A stretch of 64,000 nucleotides of DNA, taken from assembly GCF_030028105.1 (NCBI RefSeq), contig NC_092375.1:164857415-164921414 (forward strand), written 5' to 3'. Positions 38,721-50,175 of this stretch are shown one piece after another. Source of the DNA: Mobula birostris (taxonomy: Eukaryota). The notes under the pieces were generated by a model that saw only the letters and a list, made by a program, of their open reading frames with translations, made no database searches and was not told where the DNA came from. Position 1 is the first letter of the stretch, and each line of letters starts with the position of its first letter. A program made the translations under genes and the position numbers.

Positions 38721-39141
38721 TGAGCCTGTGTCCTCTGGTGCTTGATATTATGGTTGATTATGGGAACTTTTTCCCTCTTGAGAAGTCATTGTAGGGGTTG
38801 CTTAGTAATATTTAGAATGTAAGTCCTTCTGCTTGTCTCCAACAAGCTGTATGCAAATCCTTTGAAAAGAATTTCCAGTTAAATAGTTTGTTATTTTATC
38901 CATTTTCACTCACTGTCTATTTTGTGAGGCACTGCAAGCTGAACAGAGATTTCTAAACTTATTTAAAGGAATACATTCAGCAAACATGTAGTAGAAATAT
39001 TTATTACAGTAATATATTTTAGATTTGAAACTGTCAATTAAGTAAAACAAAACAAGTGACATCTGTTAACTGCAAAATCTACTATCAATCCTGACATAAA
39101 TATTGTATAATTTGTGATGTAAATAATGTACCTTTCCACAG

Positions 39142-39420
39142 AACCTGCAAATATTATAGAAAAAACTGAGCCACTCACAGTGACTTCAGGAAATCCTGCT
39201 ATTCTGGAATGTACAGTAGCTGGAACACCAGTATTAAATGTTGCATGGTTCAAAAATGGAACGCAGCTAGAATCAAACAGAAGATGTAAATTAACTTTTG
39301 TGAATAAGGTGGCCAGTCTAAAAATTTTGTCTGTTGAAATGGACGACAGTGGAGACTATACTTTTGAAGTCCAGAATGAGTTTGGAGTCAACAAATGTAA
39401 TATTTCTTTGACTGTGATAG
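39142..39420 (+). CDS. TTN: Titin Ig exon, repeat 5 D
   Basis: 279 nt; EPANIIEKTEPLTVTSGNPAILEC. Confidence 0.92.
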
Positions 39421-39546
39421 GTCAGTATATAAATAGTGTTGACGTTTTCCTTTTATATCTTTTGATTAAAAGCCATAGCTTATTATAAAGTTATAAGTAC
39501 AATACATCATTGGTGTTTTATTATTTTTCCCCTTTATATTGAACAG

Positions 39547-39834
39547 AACAAATAATTCCTCCATTGATTACAAGGAAGCTAAAGGACGTTGGCAGTATTT
39601 TAGGGTATTTTGTGCGAATGGAATGCAAAGTTTCTGGTTCTATTCCAATGAGGATTACTTGGTACAAAGAGGATCAAGAAATATCAGCTAGTGACAAATA
39701 CAAGATGCTATTTCAAGAAAACACTGTCTCTTTAGAAGTCAATGAGTTAGATTTTTCAGATGGTGGAATTTACACTTGCAAAGTAGCAAATTCAGCAGGA
39801 AAGGATGAATGCAGCGCTGTGTTAAGTATAAAAG
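39547..39834 (+). CDS. TTN: Titin Ig exon, repeat 5 E
   Basis: 288 nt; EQIIPPLITRKLKDVGSILG. Confidence 0.92.
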
Positions 39835-39992
39835 GTTGGAATTGATGCTTTCTTTCATGTCTTTCTCAGTTTCACATATAAATGCATTCTTTACAGAATA
39901 GTTTCTATATGTAGATGGATATAGTAGTATCTAAATAAATAAATCAACCATCTTTCTCTTTAAGAGCTCTTTAGACTCTTGAAGGATAAATT

Positions 39993-40340
39993 CAGTGGTG
40001 CAATGCTAACTGGAGCGTACCGGAGCACGTCCGGCACATCTTTAAGAAAAAAGCCAAAATAAACAAGCTAATTAATTAGGTGCCGCCCAGGATGATTTGA
40101 GTATCTGGCTGTTCTGTGAGCGAAAACATCTTCTTAAATCCACTCGCTGGATTTTTTTTTCTTTGGCACCATTCTTTGTAAACTCCAGAGTCTGTTGTGC
40201 ATAAAAATCCCAGGAGATCAGCAGTTTCTGAGATACTCAAATCACCCTGGGCGGCACCTAATTAATTAGCTTATTTTGGCCTTTTTCTTAAAGATATGCC
40301 AGACGCACTCCGGTACGCTCCGGCTAGCACTGTACCACTG
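39993..40340. mobile_element. 348-bp hAT-type MITE with ~115-bp inverted arms and perfect 8-bp TSD
   Basis: cagtggtgcaatgcta...gatttgagtatct versus agatactcaaatc...tagcactgtaccactg; TSD gataaatt at 39985-92 and 40341-48. Confidence 0.88.
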
Positions 40341-40430
40341 GATAAATTAGCACATAAAAGTTAACTTTAATCTGGTCAGTTTTTATAGTTTGTTTATAAT
40401 CTTGTTAATTGTTTTTTATTTGATTTTTAG

Positions 40431-40709
40431 AACCCCCAAGTTTTACAGATAAAATAATGTCCCAGGATGTTGTACTCGGTTCTACAGTGCAATTTAGGGG
40501 TGTTGTGAAAGGAAGCATACCATTATCCACAAAATGGTTCAAAGGAGACAGAGAATTGATGCATGGTACAACGTATAATATTTGGAATGAAGGCTCAATG
40601 TATTTTCTAGAATTGCTCTCAACTAAGATATCTGATGCGGGTAGATACACTTGCCAAGTTAGCAACGATGTTGGTACAGATGCCTGTTCTGCCGAACTGT
40701 TTGTTAAAG
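40431..40709 (+). CDS. TTN: Titin Ig exon, repeat 5 F
   Basis: 279 nt; EPPSFTDKIMSQDVVLGSTVQFRG. Confidence 0.92.
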
Positions 40710-41233
40710 GTGTGGATTTTTTTTTTGTCTGTAGTTTTGAGTTGTATGCATTGTTTTTCTTTTTGCTGCTTTGCTACGTTGAACTTTAAGCTACATCATT
40801 TTGTCTTCTTGACAGTTGACCAGATGTTGTCAAAGAAATGTATCTTGGCAAACATGAAGTGTGCATTGTGGTCTTGTGACATTCAAATCTGAGTTGATTG
40901 TCAGACTCAGTGCTCTTAGAAGCCCAACTGTATACAAGTTGAGGCACATTTAATGATGGGGAATCCTGTCTCATATAGTGGCAGTTATAAGTATTCTCAT
41001 AAGCTAGTATCTCACACCACTACTGTGTAGAAAGCTATTTTACTGGTTGCAGTGATGAGGAACATGAAAAAGAATGTTGTTTTGCTGATTTAAGAGAGAG
41101 CTAACTTTTGAATGTGTTTGGTGAATCTGATCTTTGTATTTTATGGCCAATTATTTATGCATATACATTTGCTTGAATTTGTTTTGATTGCCTTATAAAC
41201 GTGTGTTGAGATCTGTAATATTTTGGATTCTAG

Positions 41234-41515
41234 AACCTCCAAGCTTCATTAAAAAGCTGCACTCCCCAACAATCCTAAAGGAAGGTGTCTCAGCACATTT
41301 TGAATGCAGTATAAGGGGCACACCTAACATTAAAGTTACCTGGTACAAAAATGGTGATGAAATTATAGTCAGTGAAAAGTTTCTGATGTCCTTTGATGGC
41401 GCTGTGGCAGTTCTTGAGATTATTGATGTGATTCCAGAAGACAGTGCATGCTACATCTGTGAGGCACAAAATGAAGCTGGCAGTGAGAGCTGCAGCACTG
41501 AAGTTGAAGTTAAAG
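41234..41515 (+). CDS. TTN: Titin Ig exon, repeat 6 A
   Basis: 282 nt; EPPSFIKKLHSPTILKEGVSAHFEC. Confidence 0.92.
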
Positions 41516-41634
41516 GTGTGTAGTAATATCTTTTATTCAATAAGACTATATATTTTTTACTTTCTTGAGCAGGGATTTTGATAGCTTCTGTATTTTTATT
41601 CATTTAGATATTTTTACTGTGATTACTTTTTTAG

Positions 41635-41913
41635 AACCACCAAGCTTTAGACGGAAACTTCAATCCATTGAGATAGTTAAATCCAATGATATTTCCCTCG
41701 AATGTGAGGTGGCTGGTACAGGTCCCTTTGAAGTTATGTGGTATAGAGATAATAAACAAATTCGACGCAGTAAAAAATACAAAATGGTCTCTGACAGTTC
41801 TGTAGTTAGTATTTGCATTCTAAACTCCGATACCTTGGATGTTGGCGAATACAAGTGCATCATTCAAAATGATGTGGGATGTTGTTCCTGCAGTTCTACA
41901 GTCAGTTTGAAAG
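41635..41913 (+). CDS. TTN: Titin Ig exon, repeat 6 B (probable chimera at duplication junction)
   Basis: 279 nt; EPPSFRRKLQSIEIVKSNDISLECE. Confidence 0.92.
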
Positions 41914-42103
41914 GTTAGTTTTACTATGTTGTCAGAAGATATTTTCCTTTTGATGGTTAAGGTGATGTTAAAAACATCTTATTACGTGCTTGGAAACTCA
42001 ATGCTGATTTATTTGCAAAATTCTTCAATTTATCTTACCTCTTAAGTGTCATGAAAAAGCGAAATAATCCCATTAAGTCATGTTATTATTTATTTTAAAC
42101 TAG

Positions 42104-42382
42104 AACCCCCAGGATTTATAAAGAAGATTGAAAATATTACAACAGTATCAGGCAATTCAGTTGTATTCCAAAGTCAAGTAAAAGGCTCAAAGCCTATCTA
42201 TTTAACTTGGATGAAAGATAAAGATGTTATTGAAGAAGATGGTAATATTGCTTTGTCTTTTGAGAATAATATTGCTACTCTTCAAATAAATGCTGTTGGA
42301 GAAAATCATGCTGGGAAGTATACATGCCAGGTCAAGAATGATGCAGGAACTGAGAAGTGTTTTGCCACATTGTTGGTAGCAG
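42104..42382 (+). CDS. TTN: Titin Ig exon, repeat 6 C (absent from ORF track)
   Basis: 279 nt, open frame translated by hand; EPPGFIKKIENITTVSGNSVVFQSQ...FATLLVA. Confidence 0.92.
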
Positions 42383-42517
42383 GTCAGTAGGATATTGATT
42401 ACCTTAATATTTCCCTGCACTCCAATGATTTTTCTAATCATAAGTCAATTCAAATACTTTGCAATGCATCAACTAAAATAAAATAATGACATATAAAAGA
42501 GATTTTTATTCCCATAG

Positions 42518-42796
42518 AACCAGCAAAAATCACAGAACAAGCACAGTCAATCAGTGTAACGGCAGGAAATACAGCAAACCTGGAATGTACTGTAACTGGT
42601 ACACCAGAACTAACAGTTAAATGTTTTAAGGATGGTACTGAAATGGTGTCCAGTAGAAAACACAGAATCAGCTTTGAGCATAATGTGGTCAGCCTAAAGA
42701 TTCCTTCTGTTTCTAATGATGACACTGGTGAATATACTTTTGAAGTCAAGAATCAGTTTGGAACCAGCAGCTGTAAAGCTTCGTTGACAGTATTAG
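42518..42796 (+). CDS. TTN: Titin Ig exon, repeat 6 D (core Trp replaced by Cys)
   Basis: 279 nt; EPAKITEQAQSISVTAGNTANLEC...LTVKCFKDG. Confidence 0.92.
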
Positions 42797-43125
42797 GTTG
42801 GTGTTTTATTTTCAATTGGAAGTCAGCTAATCTACTTATCTAATGGGTTAAAATATGGTTATTAAATAAGGAAATCCTAATTGCATTGAACATAAACATA
42901 TATAAAGGCAATGTTAGAATTTTTAAATTGAAATCTAGTGATAATAGGATTTGGCTGATTAGCTATAATGGAAAATTTTAAATTAATGTTATTTTTCAAC
43001 AGTCACCTTAGATATATATAAAACATGACAAATCTTACTTTAAAAATGCACAATAAATTTTGATTCATTTAAATATTTGCTATATGAATTGATTGACTGT
43101 GCTTTTGTCACTTTACCTTGGACAG

Positions 43126-43413
43126 ATCAACTAATTCCCCCATTATTCAAAAGAAAATTACGCAGAATGGACAGTGTTTTAGGGTCTTCCATACAAATGG
43201 AATGCAAAGTTTCTGGTTCTCTTCCAATGAGCTTCTCATGGTATAAGGATGGCATATTAATAACGACTAGTGAGAAATACAAAATATCATCTCAAGATAA
43301 CACAACAACTTTAGAAGTGAATCAAACAGATGTTTCAGATCATGGAACTTACATTTGCCAGGCAGCCAATTCAGTGGGAAGTGATGAATGCAGTGGTTTC
43401 TTAAATGTAACAG
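43126..43413 (+). CDS. TTN: Titin Ig exon, repeat 6 E
   Basis: 288 nt; DQLIPPLFKRKLRRMDSVLG. Confidence 0.92.
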
Positions 43414-43644
43414 GTTTGAAAGTTGAATTTGCTTTCAGTTCAATTTATATCTCTTCTGTATTTATACACGTAGTTAAATAATAATTTTGACTCTTAAAGT
43501 AAAATTAATACATGTAGAGCTTAAAATTTGATTAGAATTTATTGTAAATTCTTCTTTTAGTTCCAACTTTTCATTTACACGATGATGCAGTGTAAACGAT
43601 GTACTGTGGGAACCAATAGTGTTTCTTTTCTGCCTGATTTTCAG

Positions 43645-43923
43645 AGCCTCCAAGTTTCATAGAAAAGCCTATAGACCAGGAAAGCTTACCTGGTTCATCA
43701 GTGCAGTTTAGAAGTGTTGTGAAAGGAACTGCTCCACTAACTATAAAATGGCTGAAGGATGGCAGGGAACTGATGTCTGGAGCTGATTATTTTATTTTAA
43801 ATGAAAGCACAACAAGTTTACTTGAGCTGTTTTCAGCCAAAGTTTCTGATTCTGGTGACTACATTTGTGAAGTTGCCAACAAAGCTGGCAGTGCCTCTTG
43901 TGCGGCAAGACTCTTTATAAAAG
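43645..43923 (+). CDS. TTN: Titin Ig exon, repeat 6 F
   Basis: 279 nt; EPPSFIEKPIDQESLPGSSVQFRS. Confidence 0.92.
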
Positions 43924-44152
43924 GTGTGCAATTTGTCTGTACTTGTGTTGTGGAATGGCTTTAAATATTGTGTGCAGAATCTTTTTTGATTTGTTCTGTA
44001 ATGTTCTCTTTGTTAATTATGTGACTTCTGTTTTGTGTATTGTCTTTCTTCATACTTTTAAATATTCTGTGTGTCTCATTCTTCTTAATACTAAGTAGAT
44101 CTGTTTTGGATTTTTATATTTCTCATGAAGTTTGCAACTCTTTTTTCTACAG

Positions 44153-44434
44153 AGCCTCCATATTTTATTAAGAAATTAGATCCAACAGCAATATTTAAAA
44201 AAGGAGACACAGCAATTTTTGAGTGTAAAGTAACTGGCACACCAGAAATCAAAGTCTCTTGGTTCAAGAACTATCGTGAAATTAGTTTTGATGAAAAATA
44301 CAAAATGACATTTGTTGATTCAGTGGCAATCTTGGAGATTGCTAATGTAATCTTGGATGACAGTGGCAATTATTCTTGTAAAGCCCAAAATGAAGCTGGC
44401 AGTGAATCTTGCGACATTATGGTCACAGTTAAAG
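44153..44434 (+). CDS. TTN: Titin Ig exon, repeat 7 A
   Basis: 282 nt; EPPYFIKKLDPTAIFKKGDTAIFEC. Confidence 0.92.
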
Positions 44435-45215
44435 GTGTGTAAATATTCCCAATTTCATTTTTCATGATTGATCCAGAAGTCTTTCCAGCCTTGTTGCATC
44501 TTTTGTTTCTTGAAAGCCATTATTTAAAACTCTGAATACTAGGCTTTTCAAAATGGATGTTAAAATAAACTGCAGACTCAAATTGAATTATGAAACAATG
44601 CTAATCTTGATAGACTGACTTCAGAACTGATTTCTGAAGACTGATTTTAACTTTCAGATCATTACTGTAGGAATGCCTCACTTAGAGGCCAAAATTTTCT
44701 TCATGGGACCAGAAGGAACTCTGCTCTTCCTCATATTGCTATTATGGAAAGATAATTAAATTCTCTCAAAAGCCTTGCTACTTTCCCAGCAATGTTTATT
44801 TGTCCATAGATGTGTCATGGAATCAGCACCATTGGTTTCCTCTTGTCTAGTGCAATTTAAAGTTCAATTCCTACACTTGTCTCAATTCTCCTTAACCAAT
44901 TCAAATTGAAGATTGGATTCATGGGAATCTCGTGAAATATTTTAATAGACCTGGCTAAGAATGATTTTGGATTTGTAAGTGATTTATGAAGCACAAAGGC
45001 TACAGGCATTTATTGATGTATTTTGTTGATCTGTGTAAAATAGTAGCTGTAACAAGATTTACCCACATGCTGATTGGTCTCCTATAATAAATTAACACTT
45101 TAAAATAAAAAATTATTCAGAGTTTTCTTTTGATGATTATTGTTGGAAATCATTGAGTAGACCTAATGTTTGTACCCAGTGATTTATAGACCATTTTATC
45201 ATGTTTGCTCTTCAG

Positions 45216-45494
45216 AACCTCCAGCATTTATGAAGATACTTGAACCTGCTGAGGTAGTTAAATCTAGTGATGTTACTCTTGAATGTGAGGTGGCTGGTAC
45301 AGCTCCCTTTGAAGTTTTGTGGTATAAGGACAATAAGCAACTTCGTCGCAGTAAAAAGTACAAAATGATCTCTGACATTTCTTTAGTCAGTCTTTGCATT
45401 CTTACATCTGATAGCTCAGATGTTGGTGAATACGTGTGTGTGGTCAAAAATGATGTGGGAAGTTGTTCCTGCAGTTCTACCGTCAAACTGAAAG
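45216..45494 (+). CDS. TTN: Titin Ig exon, repeat 7 B
   Basis: 279 nt; EPPAFMKILEPAEVVKSSDVTLECE. Confidence 0.92.
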
Positions 45495-45624
45495 GTCAGT
45501 TATGTCCTTATCCTTGTTTCCTTGATATTGTGTGCTACTTATTCTATTAGTATATTTTTATCAAATAATACTAAATTTTCCAAGCATGATAGAAATATAA
45601 CAAGCTATACTCTCTTCAAACTAG

Positions 45625-45903
45625 AGCGACCAACCTTCTTACAAACAATAGAAAATGCAACAGTATTTTCCGGAAATCCAGCTGTGTTTCAGTGTGTTGT
45701 AAAAGGCTCAGGACCTATTACTACAAGTTGGAAAAAAGATGACAAACATGTCCGTGAAGCTGAAAATATAAAAATTTCCTTTGAAAACAATATTGCTACA
45801 TTACAGATCATTAATGCTGAGGAAAATCACAGTGGAAATTACATTTGTCAGGCAAAGAATGATGCGGGAACAGCAAAATGCTTTGCTACTTTGGTTGTAA
45901 TGG
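45625..45903 (+). CDS. TTN: Titin Ig exon, repeat 7 C
   Basis: 279 nt; ERPTFLQTIENATVFSGNPAVFQC. Confidence 0.92.
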
Positions 45904-46094
45904 GTTAGTAAGCAATTATAAGCACAAATATTATCTGCATAATATAGTAATTATGTTGCGACTGAAATTATTTTAATTTTAAAATTAAATGAGAGCATAA
46001 AAGTGAGAAATGTGAAAAATGGAAATATATTGAGTAGCCAGTTAAGTGTACACAGAACACTGTTCCCTTTCTGAATCTTTGTAGTACCCAATGT

Positions 46095-46680
46095 ACATAG
46101 AGCAGTACAGCACAGTACAGGCCCTTTGGCCCATGATATTTTCTTGTCCAAGATAAACATACTCCCTGATCAATTTAACACTTCCCTCCCACTCAGCCCA
46201 TATCTCTCCATTTTTCTTAAGTGTGTCTAAGATTCTTTTAAATAATCTTATTGTATCTCGCTCTACCACACCTCTAACAGTGTATTCCATGCACTCACCA
46301 CTCTCTGTGTAACATTACCTTGCTTCTCTTGAACTCAATCTCTTAACTAATGATGACCAACACACCATTGGCCTGCATGGCAGCTTGAGTCATCTATGTA
46401 CTTTGACCCTAATATCCCTCTGTTTCTCCATATTACTAAGAATCATGCTATTAACTTTGTACTCCACCATCAATTTCAATCTTCCAAAATATATCAGCTC
46501 ACATTTTAATGGATTGAACTCCATCTGTGACTTCTCTGCCCAACTCTGTATCATGTCCATATCCTGTTGTAGCCTATGACAACCTTCTACACTACCTACA
46601 ATTTATTACCCTATCCTTCCACTTTCTTATCTAAGTCTTTATAAAAATCACAAAGAGCTGGGACCCCAGAACAGTACCAT
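46095..46680 (-). mobile_element. CR1 fragments (3' tail plus RT piece)
   Basis: gtacagcacagtacaggccctttggccc tail; ctccatctgtgacttctctgcccaac matches the RT region of the younger CR1s. Confidence 0.7.
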
Positions 46681-47006
46681 TGTCAGCTCTTCAAAAGATT
46701 ATTGCTAGGTATCAACAAGACATTTTATCCTCAAGTGTGTTTCTAAACGAGATTTATAAATGGTTGACCAGTTAAAGATAATTTGGTACCATCAGCACTG
46801 GGATTGCTAAAGCTAATTTCACATGAAACACCTTTGGCTGCATGCAGAAGGGACCTTTATTCCAATAGACCTGATTGCTTTGACCTGGGTATGAGGAATC
46901 ATACACATCAGCGGTTTATCCCTTGTGAAATTATTTCCTTAAAATGGCAACTTTTGATTCAATTTTGCTAAATTCTCTTGATGTAAATGATCTATTTTTT
47001 TCACAG

Positions 47007-47285
47007 AACCAGCAAATATTATAGAAAAATCTGAACCACTCACAGTGACTTCAGGAAACCCAGCCATTTTGGAATGTGCTGTAGCTGGTACACCAGTATT
47101 AAATGTTGCATGGTTCAAAAGTGGAAAGCAACTGGAATCAAACAGAAGATATAAATTGAGTTTTGCAAATAAGATAGCCAGGTTAAAAATTTTGTCTGCT
47201 GAACCCGATGACAGTGGAAATTATGCCTTTAAAGTCCAGAATGAGTTTGGGGCTAACAGCTGTGATATTCATTTAACTGTAATAG
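47007..47285 (+). CDS. TTN: Titin Ig exon, repeat 7 D
   Basis: 279 nt; EPANIIEKSEPLTVTSGNPAILEC. Confidence 0.92.
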
Positions 47286-47409
47286 GTCAGTGATTACATT
47301 TTGTTAATAGCGTTGTTTTCTTAAAATATCAAAAATAGTGGAGCTCAAAATTTGAAATATTGACACTTGATCATTAATGTTATTGTCATTTGTCCCTTTA
47401 TATGAACAG

Positions 47410-47697
47410 AGCAAATTATTCCTCCGTTGTTGACAAGGAAGTTAAAGGAAATGGGCAGTACTTTAGGATCTTTTGTGCGAATGGAATTCAAAGTTTCTGG
47501 TTCTATTCCAATGAGCATTACTTGGTATAAAGAGGACAAAGAAATATCAGCTAGTGACAAATATAAGATGTTATTCCAAGAGAACACAGTCTCCTTAGAA
47601 ATCAATGAGCTAGACTTTTCAGATGCTGGAATTTACACTTGCAAAGCAGCAAATTCAGCAGGAAAGGATGAATGCAGTGCTGTCTTAAGTGTAAAAG
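47410..47697 (+). CDS. TTN: Titin Ig exon, repeat 7 E
   Basis: 288 nt; EQIIPPLLTRKLKEMGSTLGSFVRMEF. Confidence 0.92.
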
Positions 47698-47949
47698 GTT
47701 GGAAGTATTTCTTAACACGGTTTTTATCATTGAATTTGTTTACAAAAGAGATTGTGTTTGCTATTAGCTGCAAAAGTGAAATTTCCAATTAAATGAATCA
47801 ACTAATTCTACACTCTGTTAAGCATTATTAGAATTTCAAAGGCTATGTTAGTTCGTATAATTGATAAAGTTAGCTTTAATCTGATCTTTTCTTCCAATTT
47901 ATGTATGAACTTAAGTTAATTAAATGTTTCTTTGTTGTATGATTTTTAG

Positions 47950-48228
47950 AACCCCCAAGCTTTACAGATAAAGTAATGTCCCAGGATGTTGTACTCGGTT
48001 CTACAGTGCAATTTAAGGGTGTTGTGAAAGGAAGTACACCATTATCTACAAAATGGTTCAAAGGGGACAGAGAATTGATGCATGGTGTGGCATATTCTAT
48101 TTGGAATGATGGCTCGACATATTTTCTAGATTTGCTCTCAGCTAAGATATCTGATGCGGGTAGTTATACCTGCCAAGTTAGCAATGATGTTGGTACAGAT
48201 GCCTGTTCTGCAGAACTATTTGTTAAAG
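47950..48228 (+). CDS. TTN: Titin Ig exon, repeat 7 F
   Basis: 279 nt; EPPSFTDKVMSQDVVLGSTVQFKG. Confidence 0.92.
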
Positions 48229-48339
48229 GTGTGCAAATCTGTCTTTACTTTGCAATTTTGACTTAGAACAGTTTATATTGCTTTGCCGTCTTAAAAGTTT
48301 AGAAACATTAGAAAAGCGGCCCAAGTACTACACTTGCCT

Positions 48340-49040
48340 ATTCACCTCTTTCCTCACCTCCATTCAGGACCCCAAACAGCCCTTCCAGTGAGGCAAGAGT
48401 GAACCTGCAAATCTGCTGGTCTATTGTATCTGGTGCTCCTTATGCAGCCTCCTCTACATTGTTGAGACCCATCGTAAATTGGGGGACTGCTTCACTGAGT
48501 ACCTCCATTCCATCCACTAAAAGCATAACTTCATGGTGACCAAACATTTTAATTCCAATTCCCATTCTTGTTCTGACATGATGGTCCATGGTCTCCTCTT
48601 GTGCCAAGATGAGGTGATCCTCAGGGTGGAGGAACAATACCTTATATTTCATCTGGGTAGCCTCCAACATGATGGCATGAATATTGATTTCTCCTTCCAG
48701 TAATTTTTCCCTCCCTTCCCCTCTTCTTCTATTCCCCACTCTGGCCTTTTACCTCTTCTTGCCTGCATATCACTTACCCCAGGTCCCCTCGTCCTTTCCT
48801 TACTCCTATGGTCCACTATCCTCTCCTGTCAGATTCCTTTCTCTCCAGTCCTTAACCTTTCCCACTCACTTGACTTCCAGTATCACCCTCCTTCACCATC
48901 CCTCACCTTTTTAATCTTGCATCTTCCCCCTTCCTTCTCAGTCCTGAAGAAGTGTCTCAGCCCAAAACATCAACTGTTCATTCATTTCATAGAAGCTACC
49001 TGATCTGCTGAGTTCCTCCAGCATCTTGTGTGTGTTTCTT
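48340..49040 (+). mobile_element. 5'-truncated Penelope-like retroelement: GIY-YIG endonuclease remnant plus 3' tail with fossil hammerhead
   Basis: From 48419: VYCIWCSLCSLLYIVETHRKLGDCFTEYLHSIH*...HFNSNSHS...EEQYLIFHLGSLQHDGMNIDFSF; HHR-like 48939-48976. Confidence 0.85.
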
Positions 49041-49498
49041 TAGGAACATTATCTTTTTCTTGATAGTGATATACTCAAGTGGTAGAATTTTGTAGAGCTA
49101 TACATGGAGAGGGTAAGATATCTTGAAGCACTCTGATTTTATCTTAAGATCAGATTAATAGAGAACATCTATATATGATGTTTAGTTTAAGAAAGACCTT
49201 GCAAATCAGGTAGTGACCACTGTTATTTATATGCATCATCCAGTCCTAGAGGAATAATTATGGCAATTTGAAGGATTTTTTGACGATCCCCCCCCCCGCC
49301 CCCCCAATTAAATGATGAAGGCTGCATCCTAATAGCATATTAATAACAAAATACTGTTTGCTCGAATTAACCTATGAATTTCCTAAATTAGTAATTTGGA
49401 TTATAATCATTATATAGTCAGTTGTTTATGACTTGGTTTGAATTTTTATTGAATAACGTTTAAATGTATATTTAAATTTTTAATATTCTGGTTTCCAG

Positions 49499-49780
49499 AA
49501 CCCCCTACTTTCATTAAGAAGTTGAATTCTTCAACAATATTGAAAAAAGGCGTCTCAGCACGCTTTGAGTGCATTGTTACTGGAACGCCTGAAATCAAAG
49601 TGTCTTGGTATAAAAATGGTGCTGAAGTTGTTGCCAGTGACAAATATATAATATCATTTGATGGCTCTGTGGCAGTTTTTGAGATTATTGATATGGTTGT
49701 CGAGGACAGTATGTGCTACGTTTGTGAGATTCGAAATGAAGCTGGCAGTGACAGCTGCAGCACAGAAGTTGAAGTTAAAG
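49499..49780 (+). CDS. TTN: Titin Ig exon, repeat 8 A
   Basis: 282 nt; EPPTFIKKLNSSTILKKGVSARFEC. Confidence 0.92.
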
Positions 49781-49896
49781 GTCTGTAATAATGTCCAGAT
49801 TGGTATTAAACTACATTTGTTACTTTCTGGGGTAGGGATATTGTTAGTTTCAGTAATTTTGTTAATTTTGATTTCTTTACTATGATTACCTTATAG

Positions 49897-50175
49897 AACC
49901 TCCCAGTTTCAGAAGGAAACTTGAATCGGCTGAGGTTATAAGAAGTAGTGGTCTTACTCTTGAATGTGAGGTGGCTGGTGCAGGCCCATTTGATGTTATG
50001 TGGTTTAAGGACAATAAAAAGATCCCACCAAGTGAAAAATACAAGATGATCACAAAGAATGTTTTAATTAGCCTTCACATCTTAAAGGTGGATATTCCAC
50101 TTGTTGGTGAATATAAATGCACAGTAACAAATGAGGTGGGAAGCTGCTCCTGCAGTTGCATTGTCAGTTTAAAAG
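49897..50175 (+). CDS. TTN: Titin Ig exon, repeat 8 B
   Basis: 279 nt; EPPSFRRKLESAEVIRSSGLTLECE. Confidence 0.92.

Noticed and set aside
49288-49305. Poly-C tract as a minus-strand G-quadruplex element
   Set aside because: Isolated low-complexity run with no supporting context
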